Assembly (NCBI GenBank): GCA_964016885.1 | Contig: OZ024740.1 | Span: forward strand, 300,142,001 to 300,206,000 | DNA from: Eledone cirrhosa | Taxonomy: Eukaryota | Direction: 5' to 3' | Length of the DNA: 64,000 nt | Shown here: positions 40,831 to 53,845 of the stretch, piece by piece | Layout of the letters: every line of letters starts with the position of its first letter | Position numbering within the stretch: position 1 is the stretch's first letter | Translations under genes and position numbers: made by a program | Notes under the pieces: generated by a model | The model's database searches: none | What the model was told of the DNA's origin: nothing | Seen by the model: only the letters and a program-made list of their open reading frames with translations

Positions 40831-40839
40831 TGTGTGTGT

Positions 40840-40894
<55 letters not shown>

Positions 40895-41586
40895 TGTGTT
40901 CAGTGTGAACCCATGTGACCATTGTACATAGGTATTTAAGAACAGGGTCAACAGTGTGATATGGATATTAATAGAGTAAAACACAATTTCCTAGTTCAGA
41001 GGAGCAGAAAACATTATTTCATTAATAAAACAGCAAGAAATACAGCCTATCTGTTGATGTAATGACCTTTCTTAGTGAAAAAGAAAACCAGTCCACGCTC
41101 TTACTGAGATGTTTTATAGTGAGGCCTCAGATAGTTTATCCATGTTGTTTCTTATGCATACAGGCATGCGAAGTCATCCCAATCAACACGTTCATGAATT
41201 GTCTATGAATTTACTAATTTATGCACATTTCTATTTTATAGAAGGTTAAATCTGAAGAAGTTGTTGCTATATCGAGCAAATCATGTTCTCCCACTGTTAG
41301 GTTCACTATGAATGGCTCGACGTATAAATCAGTCCAATGTTGGTTAAGGCTTTTGACTAGCATGGTCAATAGCAACATCCATCTGGAGAAAGCATAGTTT
41401 CTTGCTCTGGATAATAGGCGTTGAGGTAAAGATAAGTTAATCTCTTGTTTTGCCTGTTTTATTGTTATCTTGCATAACATCTATGCCACCTCTTACAAGA
41501 TCAGTCGTCGCAGAATTAATCTATTTAGTTGATTATCCAGAAGCAATATGTATAGTAATAAGCTGATACATATTTTAAATAAACAT

Positions 41587-41680
<94 letters not shown>

Positions 41681-41864
41681 GACATCATACAACATTGTAA
41701 GTATATCATTTTCTTAATTCATCCTTTTTTAATCATAACATTTCTCATCAGCTTCACCTACCATCATCCCCAAATCATCATTGTCCTCCTCCTCCTCCCC
41801 ATCCCCCTCCCCCTCCCCCTCATCATCATCATCATCATCTTCTTCTTCTTCTTCTTCTTCAGTT

Positions 41865-42255
41865 TCACATGGAAGGTGAGGTGAGGGTGGAGAGAGAAGC
41901 CCCCCCCCTTCAGTACATTTGCTAAAAGTTGGATGAATGTGATGAGAGTGGCTAGTGTGAGTGGGCCTACTCTAACCATGCGCCTATAGGCTGGCTAACT
42001 TGAGGAGGAGATGGGTGCTCTCCCCGGGTGCCCTACAAGCACCTGAGTCACCCCTGGGTCATCCACCCTCCCTATTGGGGAATTTATTTTGTTATATTTA
42101 TGCATAGTTTATTTTATATCATTTTACATTTTCATTGTTAAATTAGTCTTGCTATTGTGCAACATTACTCGACCTTATTGTAAACCCCCACTGTCCCTGT
42201 CTTTGTATTGTCCCCTACATGTCGGCCCTTGTGGTCAATAAATGATATCATTATT
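41865..42255 (+). mobile_element. Tx1/L1-clade LINE 3' end
   Basis: Ends ctgtccctgtc...ggcccttgtggtcaataaatgatatcattatt; similar to 13925-14250. Confidence 0.5.
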
Positions 42256-42256
42256 A

Positions 42257-42372
42257 TTGAGTTCAAATCCCGCCGAGGTCAACTTTGCCTTTCATCCTTA
42301 CGAGGTCGATAAAATAAAGTACCAGTAATGTACTGGGTATTTGCTGGCCTTGTGCCAAAAGTAGAAACAATT
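42257..42372 (+). mobile_element. 5'-truncated SINE
   Basis: gagttcaaatcccgccgaggtcaactttgcctttcatcc...gtagaaacaattatt. Confidence 0.9.
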
Positions 42373-42399
42373 ATTATTATTACTGTTGTTATTATTATT

Positions 42400-43950
42400 T
42401 TTCTTTTTTCTTTCATTATGGTTTCTGAGATATATGCCGAGTGTCTTCTTGACACCAAGGGCAAATAAATTCTCAGTGTGCATTGGTAAGCCAGTTAATA
42501 CAGCACATTGATTATAATTAAAAAAAAAACAATATACATATAGACATGTGCATATGCATATGTAAATACAAGGAGGGATATCAATCTTACATTGATAGTA
42601 CTCTTCTCAATACGTGTGCAGTACCAATCAAAATAATGTTTTGGACTTCGTGCAGAGAGGGTAAACAAGGAATCATTCGCAAATATTGTTCTGTTCCTTT
42701 CTTGGTTATTCCCAGTTCTCCCACAATCACTTGTATTGTAACTGCCTTGAGGTGCCACATTTTCTCAATTTCAATAAGCAGATCTTTATATTTTCGTAGC
42801 TTGTCAAATTCTGTTGCCGCGATATTGTGATCACCTGGGATGCTCATATCTATCAATAAACAGACCTTGTTATGTTGATCTTTTACAATGATGTCAGGTT
42901 TATTTGCTTTTATGGTCCTGTCAGTATGTACAGGAATGTCCAAGAGAATTGTTACTGTTTCTCCTTCAGTTACGGCCTCAGGGTGATGATTATACCACTT
43001 GTCTTCAGCTTTGATTTTGTAATGCCAACATATTACCCAGTGTAGATATTGGCCAACTCTGTCATGTCTATATTTGTATTCTACTGGTGCAAAAACTTTA
43101 CATCCAGAGACTAAGTGATCCACTGTTTCAACCTCAGCATTGCAGAATCGGCACTTTGAGTTTATTCCGTTTCACATCACATTGGCCTGGTAATTACGAG
43201 TCAATAAGCTTTCATCTTGGGCAGCTAAGATGAAGCCTTCAATCTCCGCCTTTAGTCCTGAACTACGTAGCCACTGATGGGGGAGCTTTTGGTCAACATC
43301 AGCTTGTTTGCTACGGGTCATATATTTGCCATGCAAAGGTTTATGCTCCAAATTTGATGCTAATTGTCCTCGCCGTTTTGCTTTTGCCAGTGATTTTATG
43401 TACCTAGCAGCATCAGTTGCAACAGTTTCTTTAGTCTGTCTAGCCTGGGTATCAAGCATGAGATCAGTAGCCTATTTTTTGCTCTTCTTCAAGATAGAAT
43501 GAAGCTTCTTACTTCTCCCATGCTTTTCGACAAGTTTCAGCATACAGTCGTTAGTTGTTTCAAGGTATTGCGCCAGTCCAATGATAGTGGTATTGTAAGC
43601 AATTTTAAATTGGATCAGGCCATGGCCTCCTTGAGTTCTAGGAAGGTAAATACGATCCACATCTGCTTTTGGGTGGTGCATCCTATTACAGGTCCGTAGC
43701 TTACGGATTTTGGTGTCGATTCTTTTGATTTCACTCATATTCCAGTTCAACTCATCGAAGTTATAAGTGACAACTGGGACTGCCAAGGAATTTATGGCTA
43801 GCTCCTTGTTACGAGCATTTAGTTCTGATCTCAGAACTGCACGTACTCTCCTGTAACATTGTTTGCGTATCCTCTCTCTCATACTGGCATACCTGTATGC
43901 CAGAGCCCTCATTAATGCCTAAGTATTTATAGGTTTGTTCCTGCTCAAGT
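42400..43950 (-). mobile_element. R4/Dong-like RLE LINE, 5'-truncated, with several stops and frameshifts
   Basis: LHGKY, LKAEIEGFILAAQD, HLVSGC..RHD, KPDIIVKD..CLLIDMSIP..K..KYKDL. Confidence 0.9.
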
Positions 43951-43987
43951 ACTTCTTCCTCCTCTTCTTCTTCTTCTTCTTCTTCTT

Positions 43988-44018
<31 letters not shown>

Positions 44019-44054
44019 TTATTATTATTATTATCATTAATATTATTATTATTA

Positions 44055-44946
44055 TTGTTCTTTGAGTCTCAGTCATTGATGTTAGTTAACTGGAAAGTTT
44101 GTTGAAATGAATATCAAGCCACTACCTGCAGTCTCAGATATTCAGGACGTATCGGAGGGTTCTTGCTGTTCACAGCAAGCATGCCTTTGAAGCGTTCCAA
44201 AAAGCGTGGCGGGGCCAATTTTCTTTAACCATCCCTGGAAACTTTTTGAGATAGTACCTAGTGCGCCTATGACAATCGGGACCACTTTGACTTCAGGCAG
44301 TTCCAAATGCTTTTTACCTCCCACTTTAAGTCCTGGTATCGGTTAATTTTCTCCCTCTCCTTCTCTTGCACTCTCGTGTCGAATGGGCAGGCCACATCCA
44401 CAATCAGGCACGATCTTTTTTCCTTGTCCAAAACCACCAGGTCAGGTCTATTGTGTTCCAGTTTCTTGTCTGACTGTATCCTAAAAATCCCACAGCACCT
44501 TCACCTGATCGTTTTCTATTACCGCCTCTGGCTTATGCTCATACCACTTCTCAGAATGTGGTAAATTGTTTACTTTGCATAGGTGGCAGTGGATCACCCT
44601 GCCCATCACATCATGTCTCCAGCCCTGGGCTAGGTGTTTACACTCGAATACAATGTGAGCCACAGTCTCCTCTCTCTCTCCACAGATCCTGCACAGTGGG
44701 CTAGCCTCCCCCATGTAAATATGGTGTTTCAACCACTGCTCTTGCGCAGCCATTAACATTCCTTCTGTAGCCTTTTTAAGGTCTCCTCTTTTTTTCAACC
44801 AGTTCCATGTCTGTGGATCTCTGAATTCAGTTTTCTCAAAGAAGGTACTATGAAGGGATTTTTCATGAAGGCTGCTCTTTCTCCTTGTTTACATTTCCTC
44901 CTTGGCCATCGCCTGGTCTATTGTCCTCTCCTTCAGTACAATTCTG

Positions 44947-44948
<2 letters not shown>
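44055..44948 (-). mobile_element. R4/Dong-like LINE 3' fragment, same subfamily as 46560-49104
   Basis: Shared 3' UTR and LKKATEGMLMAAQEQ..CRICGEREETVAHIV; (TAA)n at both ends. Confidence 0.9.
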
Positions 44949-44997
<49 letters not shown>

Positions 44998-44999
<2 letters not shown>

Positions 45000-46332
45000 A
45001 GCTGCATTTATCTTGCTTTATGTTCATACGAGTTATCACCAAGTCACAACCAGTGACCTCAAGAGACAACAAGGTCCGCCATGTTCAAGAAAGAACATAC
45101 ATACTCACACATGCATCTTTAGGTGTTTAGACTTTTGATGTACTTATATTGACAGAATCTTCCTTAGTATATGGGCAGTTCCCATTAGTACTATCTTTTG
45201 TATTTCTCCTATACGCGGGCTTCCTGGGATTTACGATAAGTAGTCATTAAACCCATTAGGTATCATTCCTAGAGCGCCTACAACCACTGGTATTGTTTTA
45301 GTTCTCAATTTCCACATTTTTCCAATTTCTATCTCCAAGTCCTTATATTTGCTCAATTTTTCAAATGTTTTTAAAGATACATTCCTGTCTATTGGAACGT
45401 ACATATCAATTAGTAGGCATACCTTCTTTTTAAAGTCCTTCAGTATTATATCAGGTCTATTTGCATCTATTTTTCGGTCTGTTTGGATGCTAAAGTTCCA
45501 CAAGATTGAGATGTGATCTTTTTCAAGTATGGGAGGTGGTCGATGCTCCCACCAATTCTTGGGATGGGGCATCAAAATGCTTACACATTATCCAATGTAT
45601 GTATTGTGCAGCTCTGTCGTGCCTGTTTAGGTATTCGGTTTGAGCTATAGGACTGCACATTGAAATTATATGGTCAATGGTCTCTGGTTGTTTTTTACAT
45701 ACACGGCATAATGGGCTGCATCCATTTTTTATTATGTTGGCTTGGTAATTTTTTGTTGGCAGACACTGATCTTGTGCCGATATAATCAGTCCTTCAGTCT
45801 CCGATTTCAGTCCAGAGGATGCCAACCACTGATGGGTTAAAGTTTTGTCAACATCAGTATTGTTAGCTCGCTCTGGGTATTTTCCATACAGAAGCTTTTC
45901 TTGCCATTTCTTAGCCAGTTTCTGTAGCAGTTCTTTCTTTGCAGTTACTTTTACCTGCTTTGCTTTTTCTGTGTTTTCCATTTCAGCAGTAAATGGGACT
46001 TCTGAAATTTGTAGTCCATTACTGTATCTTTGTGCAACTTTTGTAATGGAATATGATCTTTTGATGCTTCCGTGTTTCAAAACGAGTTTGATCATCCAAT
46101 CATGTGATTCCCTTAGATATGTAGATAATCTAATTGTTGCAGTTTTCAACGCAATGTCTAACTGGATTAACCCACGTCCTCCTTCTTTCCTAGGGAGATA
46201 TATTCTATCTATATCTGCCTTGGGGTGATGCATTCTGTGCATGGTTAAGAATTTTCGAATTTTTGTATCGAGCCTACGGATCTCTGTGCTTGACCAGTTG
46301 ATGACATTGTAACTGTAGGTTACTACTGGTAT
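44998..46332 (-). mobile_element. R4/Dong-like LINE, third subfamily, 5'-truncated
   Basis: LKSETEGLIISAQDQ..CRVCKKQPETIDHIISMC..RHD; RPDIILKD..LIDMYVP..KLSKYKDL; (TAA)n at both ends. Confidence 0.9.
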
Positions 46333-46349
46333 TATTATTATTATTATAG

Positions 46350-46540
46350 TAGGGTGGTAGATTGGCAGTATCGGTAGAGGGTCGGACGCCATGCTTTCCA
46401 GCATAGTTACGTCCCTTTACGATCTGAGTTCAAATCCCGCCGAGGTTGACTTTGCCTTTCATCCTTACGGGGTCGATAAAATAAAGTACCAGTAATGCAC
46501 TGGGTAATTGCTGGCCTTGTGCCTAAAGTAGAAACAATTA
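46350..46540 (+). mobile_element. Full-length tRNA-derived SINE in (TTA)n
   Basis: A-box-like TGGCAGTATCGG, B-box-like GAGTTCAAATCC, core gcctttcatccttacggggtcgataaaataaagtaccag, ATT tail. Confidence 0.9.
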
Positions 46541-46559
46541 TTATTATTATTATTGTTGT

Positions 46560-49102
46560 TATTCCTTGAATCTCAGTCATTGATGTTGGTTAACTGGAAA
46601 GTCCGTTGGAATGAATATCAAGCAACTACCTGCAGCCTCAGATATTCAGGACGTATCGGAGAGTTCTTGCTGTTCCCAGCAAGCATGCCTTTTGAAGCGT
46701 TCCAAAAAGCGTGAAGGGGCCGATTTTCTTTAACCATCCCTGGAAACTTTTGGAGATAGTCCCCAGTGCGCCTATGACAATCGGGATCACTTTGACTTCA
46801 TGGCAGTTCCAAATCCTTTTCACCTCCCACTTTAGGTCCTGGTATCGGTTAATTTTCTCCCTCTCCTTCTCTTGCACTCTCGTGTCGAAAGGGCAGGCCA
46901 CATCCACAATCAGACACGATCTTTTTTCTTTGTCCACAACCACCAGGTCAGGTCTATTGTGTTCCAGTTTTTTGTCCGTCTGTATCCTAAAATCCCACAG
47001 CAACTTCACCTGATTGTTCTCCATCACCGCCTCTGGCCTATGCTCATACCATTTCTCAGAATGTGGTAAATTGTTTACTTTGCACAGGTGCCAGTGGATA
47101 ACCCTGCCCATCACATCGTGTCTCCAGCCCTTATAGTGGGTCTGGGCTAGGTGTTTACACTCGGACACAATGTGAGCCACAGTCTCCTCTCTCTCTCCAC
47201 AGATCCTGCACAGTGGGCTAGCCTCCTCCTTGTAAATATGGTGCTTCAACCACTTCGTTTTGAGGGCCTGCTCCTGCGCAGCCATTAGCATTCCTTCTGT
47301 AGCCTTTTTGAGGTCTCCTCTTCTCAACCAGTTCCATGTCTGTGGATCTCTAAATTCAGTTTTCTCAAAGAAGGTACTATGAAGGGATTTTCCCTTAAGG
47401 CTGCTCTTCCTCCTTGATGTTATTTCCTCCTTGGACATCCCCTGGCCTACTGTCCCCTCCTTCAGTACAGTTCTGAGCATTGGCTCCTTACTATAGGTCA
47501 CGTATTTGTATAGGTTGTTTTTCTCCATCTGAACACAGTCCTCTATGCTGATAAGACCTCTTCCACCCTCAGATCTCCTTAGGTAGAGTCTATCGACATC
47601 ACTCCTCTCGTGGAACATGTTGTAGATAGTCAATAGCTTCCTAGTCTTCCTATCCATTTCTTTTTGTTCAGCAACATTCCATCTCAGAATTCCCGCACTG
47701 TACCTAATAATAGACACAGCTCGGGAATTTACTGCGCTTATGGCATTTCTGCTGTTCAGATGTGACTTCAATACGCTCCTTACTCTCCGAATGTATTCAG
47801 TTCTTAACAATTCCTTCATTTTTTTGTTCTTTATGCCATCAGCCTCCAGAACGCCCAAATACTTGTATCCTTCCTCAGAGTCAATTTCCTTTATCATCTC
47901 ACCTGTTGGTATCTGGATCCCGTTACTTCTGCTCAACCTACCCCTCTTCATCACAAGGACTCCACACTTACTAATACCAAACTGCATACATATATCACTG
48001 CTGAAAATACGGAAAGTGTCAACAAGCACATCCAACTCCTTCTCACTTTTCCCGAAGAGCTTAAGATCGTCCATGTAGAGGAGGTGATTGATGGTAAGCT
48101 CTCCCCTTCCCAACTTGTATCCTGCTCTCACTTTTCGCAGCATAATGGTCAAGGGCATCAGGGCAAGGACAAACAACAGAGGGGACAGGCTATCTCCCTG
48201 GAAGATACCTCTCTTGATCTTCACGCTTCCCAAGGATACTCCAGTTGATGTCAACTCTGTCTCTCAGGACCCCATACTCCTGCCTAGCAACTGTCTGATG
48301 TTATCTGCCACCCTGAAGATCTCCAGGCTTTTGGTGATCCAGGAATGAGGCACCATGTCAAATGCCTTTCTGTAGTCTATCCATCCCATGGCAAGATCAG
48401 TGTGTCTCCTCCTGCAATTCCCCATTACCATCTTATCAATAAGCAACTGGTCCTTTGTACCACGTGACTTCTTTCGGCATCCTTTCTGTTCGTCCGGTAA
48501 CAAGTTGTTTGTGTGGAGGTGATGGTAGATTTCCTCAGACACAATGCTCGTCAACAGTTTCCACATTACGGACAGACATGTGATAGGTCTATAGTTGGTA
48601 ACATCATTACCCTTGATTCGGTCTTTCATTATCAGAACTGTGGTACCTTTTGTCAACCACTCTGGCACCTCACCCGACACCAAGCAGTCATTGAACATGG
48701 CCGTCAGCTTCGGGTGGAGGGATGTTAAATGTTTAATCCAATACCCCTGCACACCATCTGGGCCTGGTGATTTCCAGTTGGTTAGTTTTTTGGCCTGCCC
48801 CTTAAGAGTTTCAACTGTGATACTCAAATCAGTTTGTTGTTGTGCCTGCTCACCGATCTCCCTCTGTACTGTCTCAATCCACCCTGCCTGGGCATTGTGT
48901 CTAACATCCTGCTCCCATATTCCTCTCCAGAATGTTTTAGTTTGTTCCGCCCCAGGGATCAAGTCGTTGCCTCTTTCTTTCCCCTCAAGCTGTCCAAACA
49001 GCATCTTCTGGTTGTTGTCGAACATGCGGTTCTGTTTATACTGACTGACTCTGTTCTCGTATCGCCTGATTTTTGCACTCTTTGCTACAATGCGTTGCTT
49101 CA

Positions 49103-49104
<2 letters not shown>
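46560..49104 (-). mobile_element. Young 5'-truncated R4/Dong-like LINE flanked by (TAA)n
   Basis: RT, CCHC and RLE domains; short 3' UTR ending in TAA/CAA repeats; (TAA)n at the 5' junction 49105-49154. Confidence 0.95.
46638..49103 (-). pseudogene. RT/zinc-knuckle/PD-(D/E)xK endonuclease ORF of about 820 codons with one internal TGA
   Basis: The 279-aa and 538-aa ORFs share a frame and are separated only by TGA at 48264-48266 (SMGS*ETEL). Motifs: KSPGPDG, YRPITCL, IDYRKAFD, QGDSLSPLLF, YMDD, CRICG..H..C, RHD, PD..D...K..Y.DL. Confidence 0.92.
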
Positions 49105-49154
<50 letters not shown>

Positions 49155-49155
<1 letters not shown>

Positions 49156-49669
49156 GCGACCTACGTAGGAAATCCTATTATCCTTAGCTCCGCAAAGGTT
49201 AGTTGTTTTCAGTTGTTTCAAATTGCCAGTAATGGAATTTTCTGTTGTTAACTGTTTATAAGTTCACATATATTGCTTTCTGAAAAGGACAGTAAATACT
49301 ATTGGGGCCTCGAGCCCAAAATTTAAACCTTTATAATTATCAAACAAAAACTTTCTTTAAAAAGAAAACATGGACGGCTCTCAGCCACACGTAGCTGACA
49401 ACCTTTCTAAAAAACTAACACCTCACACCAACACTACCATTGTAAACATTACTACAGTTGCCAAGACTAAACATATAAGCAATGGCAATAATTTAAATGT
49501 GTCACATGCAGACATTCATTTCCCGCCATTACCAATAACTGCAGTGGTTAAAGGCGCCACCCCCACCACAGCGACAACTGAAACAAAACAAAACAAAAAA
49601 TGATCTCGTGACAACGAAATGGATTCACCAAGAATCGACTCGTCCACGCCGAACACCATTGACACCAGC

Positions 49670-49700
<31 letters not shown>

Positions 49701-52700
49701 CCACCACCACAACCACCACTGAAACTAAAAATAATAATAACAAAAATAACAATAAAAACAACAACAACAACAACAATGAGAATAACAACAACAACATCAA
49801 CACCAGCACAAAACAAAATGTGTCGTTTGCCAACGCAGCCAAGAAAAGCGAAATAATCCAGGTAACCAGGATGAATTAATTGAAGCCAAGAGAATGGTAA
49901 AAGAAGATGGGTACATGGTCCTCCTCACCCCCCCCCCCCCCTCCATCTAATAAAATGGAGCATCGGCACCTATGCACCGTGTCATATCGGACGATAAACA
50001 CAATATCACGCCCAGTAGGACGGGCATCCGAGTCCAAAATACAAAAAGCTTTGGGACATGTCTGGGCGAAAAAAACCCATATCGGACGTCGGCAGAAACT
50101 TGGAACCGTGGACGTGTTCTTTGGAACCCCACAGGAAGCCAGAGAACACTCCATGTCCCATTAAGGAGTGACGAGTTCACACTCGTCCCAAGCTATTGTG
50201 GCCAGGGACTCGTGAAGATCAGGGTGACCCACGTTCCGCTGGCCATCGAAATTCCCTGGCTAATGGTGGCATCAAGGCCAACACGAAAAAAATGAGGTAA
50301 CAAAAGAAAAGCAGGAGAACTGGTCCGGATCTGGGATGGAGCTCCTGATACAATCGGACCAAAAAACGTTGAGAAAATTCTAAAGGTGATAGACCTCAAT
50401 GACGGCAGCCACCTCACCGTAATTGTTGAGGGTAGAAGGCCTAAGTGTGTCGTTTGTGGCGAAGGAAACCACCTAAACGCTTTCTGCCCTCAGGCTAAAA
50501 GTTGAGGCCACCTCTCCTACCCACCCTAGTGACTCAAACATCAAAACCATCAGCAGAAGAAATGGCAGCAACAACTGTAGCTCAACAACAGCAGCAACTG
50601 TAGCGGTAACAATAGCAAAACCAACACAACAACCACCCACCGCGCCAGAATTAGCATCAGCGTCTACACCATCCACCACGCCACAACCAAAACCACCGCC
50701 TATGGCGGATTTTACATTCCTCGACCTATCCCAACTGACATATTGTGACGATGATGAGGAGTGGGAAATGGTATCAGGAAAAAGGAAAAAAAAGAAAAGA
50801 ACCCAAAGAAGAAAGAATCCTCTTCCTTCGCCCTCCAAAATACAAAATGCAGGGGGACACAAATAAGCAGACAAACAAAAAAGTTAAGACAGCTATGCCA
50901 CCACCCACACCAGCATCACCAGCCCCATCACCACCAATACCAATACCATTACCATCATTAACCCCTACACCACCATCACCAACACCACAAACATCACCAA
51001 AAAGCTAAACAGAAACAAACACAAACAAACGCAAACAAAACAAAACAACCAAAATGATACACACTACACAGCATTAAATTTGAACAACCACCAATTATTA
51101 CACTACATCCAACACAACACCAGCATCACAGAAAAAGACTACACAACACACCAAATATTCACACCACTTCCACACATGCAAATTACTCGCATCACGAAGA
51201 AAACGTACACGACACTAAAACAAAAATTCCCCAAGGACATCGGAACTTCCGACAAACACCCTCCAGGAGGATTTATAAGGACATCCTTCCGGAGGACGCC
51301 ACATGCAGTGAGGAGGGTAGAGAAACCATCCTTCCTCTACGAGAAGTGAGGTTAGTCGTCTTTCCCATCTTTTTTCACTCCTTTACAACATGACCTCACT
51401 CACAATAGACAGCAAAAATGCGCGTGGACTGAGGTCGGCATGGAAGCAGGGCCACCTGCTCAACGACCTCAGCTCACTAAACATAGATTTGGTGGCCCCT
51501 AGCGTGACAAAAAGCTCCGAAGCACGAGCCTTCGCACCCATCTTCGGCGGCTACGATGTGTACGCATCTCCCAGCCGTCCTGGATCGGGGGGAGGAGTTG
51601 CTGTGCTTTTTCGGAGAGGTTTGGATCTCGCCTACGAGCCATCTTCCTGGAGCCAGAAGGTAAGTTGGTGGTAATGGACGTAACCAGCGGAGATGGGCAA
51701 GCTTTCAGACTAGTGGCCGTCTATGACCTGTCAGGAGCAGGGCGGCCTGATTTCTTCCGGCGTCTGGAGACCTTTCTTGGAACGTCCCGGTATTTAGTGT
51801 TAGTGGGCGACTGGAACGGGATCTTAGATGTACGCTGGAACTGTGTGGGATTAGCGGATAGGGGAGGAAGGTGTAAAAGCCTCGCAAACCTGCTCAGACG
51901 GTTTCAACAGTCTGACAGGTACCGATTTGATTTCCCGAATGTGCCAATGTGGACATGGACAAACCGCATCGGGTCATCCAGATCATATCTAGATACAGTG
52001 TTTTGTAGGGAAATAGATAGGTCTAGCATAGGCTGTCCACATTTCAAAATAGTCGACTACACGGACCACAAATTCGTGATCTGTGAGGTTGACTTAGATA
52101 GGCTTCATAGACAGGGACACGGTTACTGGAAGCTAAACGCTCGTTAACAGCGAGCAAGGCCCTACAGAGACCGGATTAGCGAATTAGTTAAGCGGGCGTT
52201 GACGGGTGCCATCGTCAACAACAAAAGGTGGTTTTCTCTGAAAAAACAATTAGAATAGAGTCCATTAGGTTTAGTAAGGCTTTAGCAATAGAGAAAATAG
52301 AGAAGAAGGAGAACTAGTTAGAAAACTAGACGAGACGCTTAGTAAAGGCATCGCGACCGAGGTACTTGCGGCGAAATTGACATTTGACCAATTCTTCAAT
52401 GCAATGAACGAAGGCTGCGTTGTCAGAGCTAGGGTGCGTGCACCCAGAGACGAGATGACGAAAGCCGTTCAATGGGCCTGAGTGGCGTAGGCGCGTCGTG
52501 GCAACAAAGCAACGATCTGGTCTTTGGTGGACTACGACGGGCGCATGCTACTCGATCCCGGGTAAATGTGTGAAGCTTTCAGCAACACTTCGCTCAGCTG
52601 TTCGAGGAAGCGGCGGACGGATCACGGAATGAACTTTAGTTCCTGTCTCGACGGACTGCCGCGGCTCTCGGCCACTCAGGTGGGGTGTTGCGAATAGCCG

Positions 52701-53845
52701 ATAACAGCCGCTGAAGTACGGGAGGAAATGGCTGGCTGCACAAGGGGTAAATCATCTGGTTTGGATGGTCTGCCACATGAACTTTACGTACAGATGCCAG
52801 TCTTGTTCGGAGACCTCTTGGCGGACGTCTACTGCAACTGGTAACAGAGCGGGATAATTCCCAGCTCTGTGAGACGAGGAGCTGTGCCGCTGCTGAGAAA
52901 GGATCCGAACAAGGGGGATAACAAAGATAATTTCAGGCCCACAACTCTGCTAAACACAGAGTTCAAGATTTTGGCAAAGGTGCTAGCAAAGAGGTTGGCG
53001 CTTGGCGTGGGTGGTCTGGTGCGAGAGGCGCAGACGTGCGCCATTCCCGACAGATCCATTCACAACAACCTCCAATTCATGCGATAGATCGTGGAGAGGG
53101 TAGCTAGGGAACCTGGCACGGGTGGTTCCTTGATCAATTTAAATCAGTCGAAAGCTTTCGATAGGCTCGAGTACCGTTATCTGGCGTCAGCCCTGAGGGC
53201 AGTTGGTTTGGGCCCGTATTCATGCACAGCGACATCTGTTCTATGGTGAGAGTAAACGGTCACCTTTCGGAGCCGTACAACATCATGCGCTCTGTCCGCC
53301 AAGGATGTCCCATCTCGTTTCTCTTGTACGTATTGACTCTCGAGCCATTACTGCAACAACTGGGGATGTTGAGGGGGGTCCCGCGTGAACTAGGATGCGG
53401 AATATCCCTGTCAGCATATGAGGACGATGTCACCGTAGTGGTGTCGAACACCAAAGACATCGAGCAATCGGCACTACACTAAGAGAATACGAAGCGGTGA
53501 CAGGAACAATTATCAACAAGGAAAAGTCGGTGGGCCTGCAGCTCGGCACCTGAAGAGGCAGGTCCATCCCGTCCAACAGCGTCGTGGGGCGCTGGACGGA
53601 CGGACCTGTTAAATTGCTAGGGGTCTGGTTCAGTCCGACCTCAAGACGGACAAAAACTGGGACGAGGTGACGAGCAGCGTGGCTTCTCTTACCCAGAAAT
53701 GGGCAGAGAGGTAGCTATCCCTGAATGGTCGAGCGGAGGTGGCTAATGCGTATATCGCATTCGTCATCTACTACCGCCTGACCGTCGTGCCTTATCCTAA
53801 GCTTCGCTTGACTACGCTGAAGCGTTTGCTCTTTCGCGTTTTGTG
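49155..53845 (+). mobile_element. Tx1/L1-clade LINE: decayed ORF1 (CCHC) and ORF2 (APE plus RT), 3'-truncated
   Basis: ORF1 has EGRRPKCVVCGEGNHLNAFCP near 50430-50490. ORF2 from 51390 has NARGL, LVGDWN, SYLD, TDH, GYWKLN, NFRPTTLLNTEFKILAKVLAKRL, SVRQGCP and AYEDD. Confidence 0.9.
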
